From Cycas panzhihuaensis (lineage: Eukaryota; Plantae; Cycadophyta), in contig CM041465.1 of assembly GCA_023213395.1 (NCBI GenBank), positions 194,377,741 through 194,441,740 of the forward strand: a stretch of DNA of 64,000 nucleotides, in the 5' to 3' direction. The translations under genes were made by a program, and so were the position numbers. Shown in pieces: positions 14,445 through 25,700 of the stretch (position 1 is its first letter; the number at the start of each line of letters is the position of its first letter). The notes below the pieces were generated by a model, which did no database searches, had not been told where the DNA came from, and was given only the letters and a program-made list of their open reading frames with translations.

Positions 14445-15868
14445 TCTAATATTTGAATCGACAAGACTACTACACCTACATATGAATTTCAAAATCACGA
14501 GTTTGAATTATGCAGTCATCATCTCATCTCGTGATTCCCCCAAGGTTTGTGTCTACATTCATTGTCGTTTTTGCCTATGTTTACACCTGGATCTATGCCC
14601 TATGCCCCACAACTCACACACATCAACCTTCCAAAATTGAAATCTAAATTTGCTTTTCAACTCCCTAGCCGACAGGTTTCATTTGGCATCTTTTGCCCGC
14701 ATCTCTCTCATTTGAACTCGATGAGTCAAGTCCTCTACAGTGAGTGTCTCCTTATCATAGTGTTTTGGCATTTGGCGGCAAACACAAAACCCACATCTAC
14801 ATGCCCTTTCTTGACCGTTCAATTTTAAAGGTCAAATTTGGATTTGAACCCAAATATGGCATCGACTTCTGATCTCAACAAAATTTGAAACTTGAAATTC
14901 AAATGGGTAATATATAACCCCAATAAACTTCCCTCTACTTTCAACAGTATATAATCACCACAGTGAAATGCAAAACCCAGCACTCTGCTACAAAAAAATA
15001 TTCACAAATTTTATTATTATTATCATTATTATTTCATTTGGGGTAAACCAACACCATGACATACCTAGCAAATGATGCCCTAGGCATGTAATCTCTCTCT
15101 CCAGCTCCAAAAAAACCCTCTTTTCTTCAAGTTCAGAAGACTGCTTGGCAATTATGCAAACCCTAGCAACAAGTTCCACTTCCAAAATTCTCAAATCTAG
15201 CTCTGCTCTCATAAATTGGCTCCAATACCAAATATCAATGATTAAAATGACCCAAGAACCATATTGCCAACAGGAATTTTTCCTGGTAGAATGAGTTTAC
15301 CTCCAAATTAATTCCATTCATTTCGAATACGCAATGATATGTACAAACTATGATACAGATATAAGTACAATTTGGGATCAATAACAGTTGAATAAACATA
15401 TAAATGCCTTGACACTTGTCACACAATCATTAAGAACATCTGTAACTATCCTACACACACCATCCATTGAGTGATGATTTTTAGGAGTTGCCAAACTTGA
15501 CCTAAGATTCATTAGGACCTACAACATTAGGTTATCACCCTAACAATGTAAACATTAATTCTAACATCCCACACTTAGACAGCACGATTAATTGTGGCAA
15601 AAGGGCTTTTTGACAGATATGGGACACAAACAATTAAATTTTACCAAGAAGGGCCCTATCCTCAATCATAGTTTAAATGAATGAGGGAGTTTCCTTTACA
15701 TCTGATCAAATTTCTAAAAGACAAATGAAGAGCATTTGAAAGAAGAGTGTTCTGCTACCATGGTATAAATGATATATCTGATTACATCAGATTGTGTTCC
15801 TCTGTTCAGCAGGCCACTAAAGATGATTTAAGCTTTTAACAATAAGGAGATGTATTCTTCATGCTTAC

Positions 15869-15967
15869 AGTCATCCTATTGGTAGTTGTGTGGTTGCGCA
15901 TCTTTGAAAAAACTTGACCCTTCCAATTAATTCCATTCCCAACATAAAAACCTCCTCTTGAAACAAC
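15869..15967 (-). CDS. ARID4: ARID4-like exon, ARID domain (VVSRGGFYVGNGINWKGQVFSKMRNHTTTNRMT)
   Basis: gtcAG acceptor and ACT|GTaag donor; 99 nt. The next exon (GVGNTLKRHYE..., PHD) was not found in 1-15868. Confidence 0.95.
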
Positions 15968-16103
15968 CTGACAACATTTCAATAAGAATTCCTTACAACC
16001 GTCAGTGCATACATATATCCAAATGCCACATTTAAATAGTTATGACTAATGAAGAATTTGAAGCTAAAAAATAGATTACCCACTCTTGTATGCAATAACT
16101 CAC

Positions 16104-16241
16104 CTCCCTGTACAAATTGTAAAGATCTAAACGTTTTGCATTAAGTATCGCATCAGGGAACTCGTCCAATCCAGCAGCTGGCACAAGACGAGTATGTCCC
16201 CTGACTATAAGAAACTGCATTACATCCTTCAAAAAATCCTC
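16104..16241 (-). CDS. ARID4: ARID4-like exon, first part of ARID DNA-binding domain (EDFLKDVMQFL...NAKRLDLYNLYRE)
   Basis: ctgtAG acceptor and GAG|GTgag donor; 138 nt; LDLYNLYREV is the ARID/BRIGHT core motif. Confidence 0.95.
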
Positions 16242-16355
16242 CTACAGGCAGGTATATCGGTCATTAGTGTGGAGATAACTCCTTGCAGATACATGGAAAA
16301 TATCTCAGTAAGAGCAGTATATAACATGATTTCAACTAATTCAATGTTTATTTAC

Positions 16356-17057
16356 TTCAGAGCATTGTTGAATTGGGCACCGATCACATCCATGTTTCTT
16401 CATTGGTAGAGGATTCAGTGATAGCGCATACTGAGGATGAACCACAACAGATCCTGATTTCCTACCGTGTGTAACTGGCCCAGAGGAAACTGCATTGTCT
16501 GCTAATAGAACTGAGCTTAAATTTGTGCGCAAATGCCTTCCAGATGAGACATTAAGCATATTGACCTTCTGAGGACTTCCATTACAATTATCAACATCAA
16601 ATGCTCCAACAAATGGTATCAATTTATGCTTCACAGTATGAGGAATAGGCTTCATGGCAGTGAATGCTTGATTTTTCTTACGCAGTGATGCAGGTATAGA
16701 CCTTCCAGCAAGTACTCCACTGTTGTTCATATCATTCTGATTCAACTTCATGGAACACTTCCCCTGATTGTCATCACTTTGGCTGTTGTTCATAGATTGC
16801 CTGCTAGTTTGAATAAGCTTTTTCCTTTTCCTGTCAGGAACAGTTGGTTGTAGCCAATAAGGTGCATATAACAAATTGTTCGAGATTTTCTGATTCTGAA
16901 CAAAACTTCTAGGTTTCCTGTCTTTGTTCATCCAGAATGAAAGAAAACGGTCTGCATCATTCTTCTGAAAAGAAGCAACTGGAAATCCCTGTATACCAGC
17001 TATACCTAAAGCAACAAGACTGCGATAAGAAAGCTCTGGGGCAAGCTGCCGTAAAAC
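16356..17057 (-). CDS. ARID4: ARID4-like exon (VLRQLAPELSYRSLVALGIAGIQG...LNPLPMKKHGCDRCPIQQCSE)
   Basis: tattAG acceptor and GAA|GTaaat donor; 702 nt open frame that includes ORF 16341..16931. Confidence 0.93.
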
Positions 17058-17188
17058 CTAATACAATGAAACAGCCACAAAAATCCATCCTTAGCATGCT
17101 CTGATGAACATGTAAGCACCACATGTAAGCCATTAGCCATGTCATCCAGAAAAATAGATGTTTTGCTAGGTAGATCATTGGAACTAAC

Positions 17189-17362
17189 CTGAGCAGCCCA
17201 GGTTGGAATCCTCATCCAAACTTCAAATACGGTAGCACCAGAAGCTACAGCAACAGACTGCCTCAGTTCACATGTAGATATCTTGTTTCCATCTCCCATT
17301 TTAAGTGCATGAACTAATCGATCTTTTTCCACAAGCTCCTTCTTAATACTGCATTCTAACAA
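17189..17362 (-). CDS. ARID4: ARID4-like exon (LLECSIKKELVEK...ASGATVFEVWMRIPTWAAQ)
   Basis: ctgtAG acceptor and CAG|GTtag donor; 174 nt, phase 0; conserved ARID4 sequence. Confidence 0.93.
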
Positions 17363-17528
17363 CTACAGAATAATACAAAATAATGAGAAAACCAATTTTA
17401 TATCTTTTCTATCCCAGCAGACATAGCTTGAAAAAAAAAAAAAAACAAAGCCACTGTATTTCCTACTAGGATAGCCATCCACTCTTTACGTTCCAGAATT
17501 TTCTGGTGCAAAGTCTAAAGCTCCATAC

Positions 17529-17664
17529 CTGATCGTCAAAACAAGTTTGTGCACTACCAGATACCAAAAGTGAAATCCGAGAAAAACTAGAGGTACACAT
17601 GTCACAGCGCATTGTTATAACGCCACGTGCAAAAGTTGCTGCTGCCAAAGGTGGGGGTGGGGCA
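17529..17664 (-). CDS. ARID4: ARID4-like exon (SAPPPPLAAATFARGVITMRCD...QTCFDDQ)
   Basis: ctgcAG acceptor and CAG|GTatgg donor; 136 nt; peptide strongly resembles Arabidopsis ARID4 (APPLQAGTFTRGVVTMRCD...LLVSGxAQTCF). Confidence 0.93.
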
Positions 17665-18224
17665 CTGCAGAAGTCAAAAACATTAAATATCCTCATCCAT
17701 GCTATTCAACTGATAAATCCAGGAAAAAAAAAATTACATTAATGTCCCCAAATGACCAAAACTGAACAATGGGACATAAAAATAAAATCCAGAGTATCAC
17801 GGTACATCAAAGAAGGGTGGCCATAGCATAATAGCCAAAAGATTGCATCTCCTAATCTAAAGCCTGTCTACAAAAAGCCAAAGCAGGGCATAACATAGTA
17901 GCCAAAAAGTGCACAATGTAGATGTGATGTCCAAAAGTAGAAATATAAAAGGGGAGTGCCATACTACTAGCATCTAATTTTCCACCTTGACAGAATAGAG
18001 AGCATCAAACATACACAATACAAAATGAAATGAAGTAAGAGGCCGAATATCCAAGAACATGCATAGTAGCTGAGATGCATGTCAAAAGATGCCTCACGCA
18101 TTTTTCTTGACTGCTATCAACAACAACAAAATCACCCATGAGAAAATGAACATAACAGGATCTATTGAGAAGAATAAAGGGATAAAGTATAAACGCGAAA
18201 TAATTCAACTCTCATTATAAAGCT

Positions 18225-18651
18225 TGAGAAACGTGAGCACAAAATACATAACACAAAATGGAGAGAAAAATTGCTCTACACTCAACCCATCAGAAATGCT
18301 TCAGCAACATAACACTAAACTCCAAAACTACAATGAATTACATGAGAGAGAGCTCTAATTATATAGGAGTTACTGATTACAAAATTGTGACGAGTCACAG
18401 ATTCAAAACAGAAAATAAGCCTAAATAAAACTCTCCTTCTCAGGTTCAAAGGATGGTGACAAGTGTCACCCATCAACATGTTGGCTTATTCGCATAAAAC
18501 ATGTGAATAAGTCACTAAAGACAAAAGTGAAAAGTAAAAGTGAATGTGACAATACATAAACTTACAAAAGTGCATTTTAGCATAAAGCATAAAGTGCCAA
18601 AATAAAATGTACAAGGTCAAGGCTTAATGCTAGAGCATGAAGGCTCCAATA
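18225..18651 (-). mobile_element. Solitary copia LTR related to the LTR at 31042-31536
   Basis: Its ends match the reverse complement of the 31042 LTR (caaggtcaag..ttaatgct..atgaagg.tc; tgagaa/ttctca); no matching TSD. Confidence 0.6.
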
Positions 18652-19373
18652 ACCCAACACTCGATGCATATCACCCTAGGCCAATACATCATCTATGGAG
18701 TCAAAGAAGTTGATAATAAGGCCTCATTGTGAAACACTACAAGGTTGGTTGCTTCCTCCTCTAGCAACAATGGATCTCCAAACACTTGAAGGAAAAGTAT
18801 CCAAAGCCCTAAAAGACCTCTTATGTCTTGCTCTAACAATTGTAGCTCTCGCAGAGTGTCCCCTCTAGTGCCTAGGCTATGAAGAGGGAAGCCTATTGTT
18901 ATGTATGCTTCTATCTATCAAACACACATAAGTAGGCATAAGAGCAACAATGTTACAAGGCATTCATTCAATTATTCTAAAGACAACGATCATATGAGGC
19001 TAAAAACCATATTCATTCCATTATGATGGGTTGCTCTCGTCCTCTCACAACCAGAGACAACGCGGAATAGTACAAGCAGTCACTGGAACAATTACAGCAA
19101 GTGCAGCCTAGCTGCGTTTGGCACAATAGCAGCAAAAATCTCCCCTCCCTAAAAAATGCCCTTCACATTTATACTTGAACTTTTGTAACTATGGTTCGAG
19201 TTGGTTGCAACCATTCTTTTAAGAATTTAATTATATTAATCGGGTTGTAACTAATTCGACCGCATGCATCTCTCCCGCCACAAAACTTACGAGTGTTTCC
19301 ACTCGTAAACAACAAAACTTCATAATTAAACAATACATTACACAAAAAAAAGATTAACCTTCTCGGTCCTTTT

Positions 19374-21130
19374 TTATCTTTTCCATCGTTGTGCGAATCC
19401 GCTATGGATCAGGCCGATAAATTGTACAAGACGGGTATATGCCCTACTTTTTGCAATGATCATAGAGGATGACAACATTGTGTAATGCCTACAGATGAGC
19501 CATTGTTGCCTTTTCTCACAAGAGTGCAATTGTTCAATCTCCTCTTCCAGTTCATTTTTTCTTGTCTCCACAGACAACAAATCTGTTCGCAAGGAGGTGA
19601 TTATTGACCAAAAATGATTGGCATATTCAGTGTCTTCCCACGTCTACATAATCCAGGCTCCCAGTTTACAGATTACCTTCTCCAATCCTTGTGGAATTTG
19701 CTCATCAAACAATGCACCAAAAGCTGGTACCAAATGCTTTACGTGAAAAGTGTCTCCAACCCAATGCAAAATAAACTTGGTCAAAATTTCCAATTTTGCC
19801 TCACAAGTAGCCAATTGATCCTCCACTTTTTGAATCCTTTGCAAGTCCGGTGGTGGCCTTTTGCTCCAGGCTTCAAGCTCACTAACCAATTGTTGAATGA
19901 CTTTAGCTAGGAATGAAATCTTCCAATGTGCCATATTGTGTGGCTAGCATTCCATTGGGTCAATTCCTTCTTTAGTCAATTCCTCATTGTTACAATCAAA
20001 ATCCACTTCGGCTGGCTGATTGTTCAAAATCTCTATAATTTTCTATTTGGCTTTCTCCGCAGCAGCTCTTCTCTTTTTTCTTATTTCTTCTTCACCGTTT
20101 ACCAGTTTCTCAGGTTGCGGGGCTGGCTGTGCTTTTCCTCTTCCGCTTCCTTCTTAACCTACACATCGCCTACCTTCTGGTTCCCTCTTCTAATTTCCTC
20201 CTCCTTGTTCTTTTCCTCTTTGGCTTTCTATTCATCATTCTCCCTCTGATTGTCGGCTGGCAAGGTCACCTCTTCTCGCTGCCTTTTCCTCTTCCTTCCT
20301 TCTGCTAGTGTCATTTGAAAGTTGTTGCCTTGGCTTTTTCTTAAACAATACTCCTCACTTTATCTTGAATCTCACTGCACCAAATTTTTCCCCGTCTTCT
20401 GAAATAATTAATCCATCCAGCCATAATCGATTGTTCTGGGTCGGCCGCGAGTTATTCCAAATCAGGACATTGTGAGTACAACAATCCTTGGAATAGGCTT
20501 TGATGATAGAAAACTGCCAATTGTGGTCTTGCTTTGATATTATGCAATTTTTCTTCAAATTTATTTGAAAGAAACGAAGCCCAATTAAACTTACCTCCCC
20601 TTGCCACCCGCAAAAGTATTGATCTCATCTCTGTGGGAACATACAAATTTTTCTAGCTTAATATTACTTGGGTGAAAAGAAAATGAGCTACCCAATGCCT
20701 AAGGTCATCTTCAATACTAGTGATACGAATACCAGATGTAGAAACATCTAATATTTGCGCGCTTAGTTGCTTTCCCACTTGCTCTCATGGGGATTCTTTT
20801 ATCCCTGGGTAACTCTTTGCCGAAATCAGGTAACCCTGAAACTTGTGTGATAGCCCTAGCTGAAATATCCAGAAGGTTGATTGGTGTGCTACAAGTTGAA
20901 TTATTTCAGACATAAACTCCACAGCTGTTGGAAATAAACCGGTTCGCACATATTGTACAAATCCAGCCTTTGTCAAATTCACTTTTCTCTCATCTTCCTT
21001 TGGCATATTATTCCAAGCAATCCTAATTCCTTTATCATCTACTTCTTGGAGATTAATCTGAATATTTCCAGTAGTCCTCATCCTGATCTTTTGCAATTTT
21101 TTCCAAAGTTTCCTGATTTCTGCCTTCAAC
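19374..21130 (-). pseudogene. Fragmented additional ORF downstream of pol in the gypsy element
   Basis: Collinear minus-strand ORF pieces (20785..21129, 20452..20646, a K/E-rich linker, 19644..19934, 19374..19592 coiled-coil-like) between the repeat array and the PPT. Confidence 0.65.
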
Positions 21131-21794
21131 CCTGATGCCCTGTATCTTGTCGACCATGCAAAACCACTATGATTTCAAATCATGGTTGCAATAACTAAGT
21201 TATTGCAACCTTGACGCACCAACTTTTCTTTCCCCCTATGCATGACAACCACATGTCACTATATTTGCACATTGAATCATCTCAGTACATGCGTCAATCG
21301 AATTACCAACGATTTTCGCCAAATTATCGCTACCATCATTAATCACTTGTCCCTCGCTTTAATTCTGCTTTTTCTTGATTTGACTGTTTCTAAGTTGATG
21401 TAATCATCTTTCCTTTTGCATAGCTCAATCTCCTGCTATACCTAGTGCTATTCCTTGTTATGCCTCCTTTCATTCTTTTTTATTACATCAGGTTACAGTC
21501 TTTTCCTTATCTCCATTACACCTGGTTGCATTCTTTCTAAGTTGCGTCTTGACCCCTCCCGGTTGCCCCGGTTGCAATCCTTTACTTCCCTTGGTTGTGC
21601 CTGATTGCAATCCATTATTTTTCTCAATTGCACTTGGTTGTAATTTCCTCGTACCTTTTATTCTTCTCGTTGCACTTCCTTCGATTGTGTCTAGTTGTGG
21701 TCCTTTCCTTTATCCTTCTGCATTCTTGTATTGCAACTATCTTTCTTCCTTAGTTGCAATTTTCTGCATCCCAGATTGAAACCTTCTTGCTTCC

Positions 21795-22740
21795 CTGGTT
21801 GCAACTACTTTACTTCCCTAGTTGCAACTTTCTGCGTTTGAGTTGCAACCACTTCGCCTCTTTAGTTACAACCTCTTACATCTGAGTTGCAACCGCTTCG
21901 CATCCTTGGTTACAACCTTTTTACGTCTGAGTTGCAACCACTTTGCTTCCTTGGTTGCAACCTTTTGTGTCCAAGTTGCAACTGATTCACCTCCTTGGTT
22001 GCAACCTTTTACATCCAAGTTGCAACTGCTTCGCTTCCTTGGTTGCAACCTTTTATGTCCAAGTTGCAACTAACTCGCCTCCTTGATTACAACCGTTTGC
22101 ATCCGAGTTGCAACCGCTTCGCTTCCTTGGTTGCAACCTCTTACGTCCAAGTTACAACTAATTCGCCTCTTTGGTTGCAACCTTTTTGTGTCCAAGTTGC
22201 AATCAATTTGCTTTCTTGGTTGCAACCTTTTTATGTCCGAGTTGCAACTGCTTCGCCTCCTTGGTTACAACCTTTTGCATCCAAGTTGCAACTGATTCGC
22301 CTCTTTGGTTGCAACGTTTTACGTCCGAGTTGCAACCAATTCGCTTTCTTGGTTGCAATTTTTTACGTCCAAGTTACAACTGCTTCATCTCCTTGGTTGC
22401 AACCTTTTGCATCCAAGTTGAAACTGATTTACCTTCTTGGTTACAACCTTTTACATCCAAATTGCAATTGTACTTCATTCTCGACTGCAACCTTCTGCGT
22501 CCTAGGTTGCAACTGTTTTGCTCCATAGGTTACAACCTTCTGTGTCCCAGGTTGCAATCATTTTGCTCCATAGGTTGCAACCTTCTACGTCCTAGGTTAC
22601 AACTATTCTTCATTCTTGGTTGTAACCTTCTGCATCCTGGGTTGCAATCGTTTTGCTCCGTAGGTTACAACCTTCTATGTTCCAAGTTGCAACCATTTTG
22701 CTCCATAGGTTGCAACATTCTGCATCCCAGGTTGCAACCT
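21795..22740. repeat. Tandem array of ~21 units of 44-45 bp, each with two GTTGCAAC palindromes
   Basis: Unit starts at 21995, 22039, 22083, 22127, 22171, 22216, 22261, 22305...; consensus ttggttgcaaccttttacgtccaagttgcaactgattcgcctcc. Confidence 0.95.
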
Positions 22741-25700
22741 CTTTGCATCCTTGATCATTTCCATAATTTGAAATCATTGAAAAAATTTTGTTCCCATGGT
22801 TTTTTTCATCTTCTTTTTTTTGTTTTTCTTCTTTTTAACTTGTCGTATATCGTTTCAGTCGACTTTCATTGATTGGTTTCCCTAGCAATGTTCCATCAAG
22901 TTGTTGGAGTCACACGGCCCAATTCTATCAAATTTGATTCACCTTGTATGGATCAAACCATTGCAATTTTAACTTTCCTGGCTTTATACGAAATTTACTA
23001 TCGTACAAAAGTACAAGATCTCCTTCTTGAAACTGTGGGACTTTGAGATGTTGATCGTGCCATGCTTTTCATCTCATTTTTTCTGCTTTCAGTTCCGATA
23101 AGACCCTTGCCCGTTTTTCATCAAGTTTCATTAAATCTAAGTGTCGTTGGTCCCATGAGTCTTCTTCTGATAGTCGTAGTTCAAATGCCACTCGCAAGCT
23201 TTCCATCCAGAATTCTAGAGGAAGTACAGCCTTTAATCCATAGACCAACTGGAATGGAGTTTGCTTGTGGGGCCTTTTTATTATTGTCCTATCAACCCAT
23301 AAAATTGAATGAAGACGCTATGCCCAATCCATTCGTCCTTGATTACAGATTTTAGATAACACCAGTTTTATAATTTTGTTTGTGCTCTCAACTCGCCCGT
23401 TTGCTCGTGGATAATATGGAGAAGACTTTAAATGTTGAATCAAGAATTCCTGTGTAAGATGTTTTATTGTTTCATAAAGGAAGCTACTTCCTTGATCAGA
23501 AACAATTTCTAGCGGGCAGCCAAACTAGATGATTATCATTTCGTATAAAAACCGGGCTATACTCTGAGCATCACATGTTTTCATTGCTTTTGCTTTGGTC
23601 CACTTTGTTAAAAAATCAGTGGCTACCAGCATATACCTTATGTTTGTATGCCTAGCTAGTGGATTGATAGTTCCAAAAAAATCCAGTCCCCATTTTTCAA
23701 ATGGAGCTCAGGCCAATATGGGACACAAGGGCGTGAAATGGTTCTTTGTTGGCTTCCCCACTCACTTGCATGCATCATAGCTACAGATCCATTTTTGTTC
23801 ATCTTCAAAAATCGTGGGCCACCAAAGTCCTGCCAATAAAATTTTCTTACTTGTAGACTCAATACCTTGATGTCTCGTTGCGGGTCCTTCATGGGCTTCT
23901 CTGATGACAGCTTCTACTTCATGCTCCATTATGCATCTTCTTAGGACTTGATCTGGTCCCATCCTATATAACATTCCCTAGATTAATTGGAAGGGAAAAG
24001 ATTTCCTAATAAAACATTGTCATTCTACGCGCTCCATCCCTCGCAGTGTTTGTCCTGTCCCCAGGTACTGTGCAATGTCATTGTACCATTTAGGTACTGC
24101 TTTGATGGAAAATAATTATGCATCTAGAAAGTCATCATGGATCCCTATTGCTGGTTCCCCGTCTACTTCCTTTGACAATAAATCTGGGATTGTATGCTTG
24201 GCACCTTTTTTTACTATAATCTTGAAATTGAATTCTTGGAAGAACATAAGCCACCCGTTGATTCGCCCTTGAACTATAGGCTTATTGATTAGATATTGAA
24301 GGGCCTGATTATCTACAAAAAAGATAAATGGATTAGCCAACAAATAATGTCTGAATTTTCTAAGAGCATATACCATGCCCAAGCCTTCCCATTCTATCAC
24401 AAAGTAGTTTTTTTCTGCCTCTGTTAGATTCTGACTTGCAAAATAAATTGGCAAGTCTGTTTTGTCATCTTCTGGTTGTGTTAGTACACATCCAATAGCA
24501 AATAAGAAGGCGTCCACATGCACATGAAAGGGCTTATCCCAATTCGGAAATCTAAGAATTGGTGCTTGGGCTATCTTTCTTTTCAACAAATCAAATGCCA
24601 ACTATTGTTGTAGCTTCCATTACCATTCATTTTTCTTTTTTAACAGGATTTCTAGGGGATTAACTATCTGAGCATAATTTTTTATAAACTTACGATAGTA
24701 CCCTGTCATTCCTAAAAATCCTTTGACCTCTCTTTGAGTCTTTGGTACTGAAAAATTCAAGATTACCGCTACCTTGTTGGAATCTGAGTAGTCCATTTTT
24801 CGTTACTACATGACCCAATAAGGTCCCAAATGGCACCATAAAGGTACATTTTGCAGGATTTAGACATAATTTGTTCTCCCTATATGTTTCAAGTATTAAA
24901 TGCAAATAGCCAAGATGATCTTTCAATAAAGTAAATAATGTCCAATCATCCAGAAATACCTTAATTGTTTCTCCTATTGTACGCTTGAAGATATTGAGGA
25001 TTACTCTCTGAAATGTAGCAGGAGCATTTGTCAATCTGAATGCCATTACTCTAAACGCATATGCACCCCATTCTGTTACAAAGGTCGTCTTTAATTGGTC
25101 CTCTGGTGCAATTCGAACTTGATTGTACCCATTGAATCCATCAATGAATGAGTACACCTCATGTCCTGCCACTTTTCCAAAATGTCCTCTATAAAAGGAA
25201 TTGGGAATGGATCTTTTTCTATTGCCTTGTTTAAGGCTCTATAGCCGACACATACTCTGAGCTTCCCATTTTTCTTAGGAACGACTACGACAGGACTTAC
25301 CCATTCACTGTTTTCAACTTCAAAAATATAATTTACTTCTGATAGCTTGTCAAGCTTGGCTTTGACTTTCTCCTTATATTTTGGGTTCAATGGTGTGGTC
25401 GTTGCCTTACTGGTTTAGCTCCCTCTACCAATTCGATCTTATGTTCACCCAACTCTAGTGGAATGCCCTTTAAATCCTTATGGGACCAGGCAAACACATC
25501 CTTGTATTCTAAAAATAATGAGGTCGCTTGTTGCACCATTTCCTCATTCCAGTAATCACCCATAGTGATCATCTAGGGTTACTCTTTTGTCCCAATATCG
25601 ATTTCCCTTGTTTGTAGTTCTTCTTCTTGTACTATTTTGCCATCTGGACTTAATGTGTAAGCCGACGTGATATCTATGGTACATTCCCCATATTCTAACG

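Noticed and set aside
14385-15230. MULE/MITE-like DNA transposon
   Set aside because: TIR-like words are present, but no convincing TIR pair or TSD could be defined.
21822-22872. Long ORFs 21995..22528 and 22171..22872 as proteins, or the array as CRISPR
   Set aside because: The ORFs are by-products of a 44-bp unit cycling through reading frames; the array has no unique spacers.
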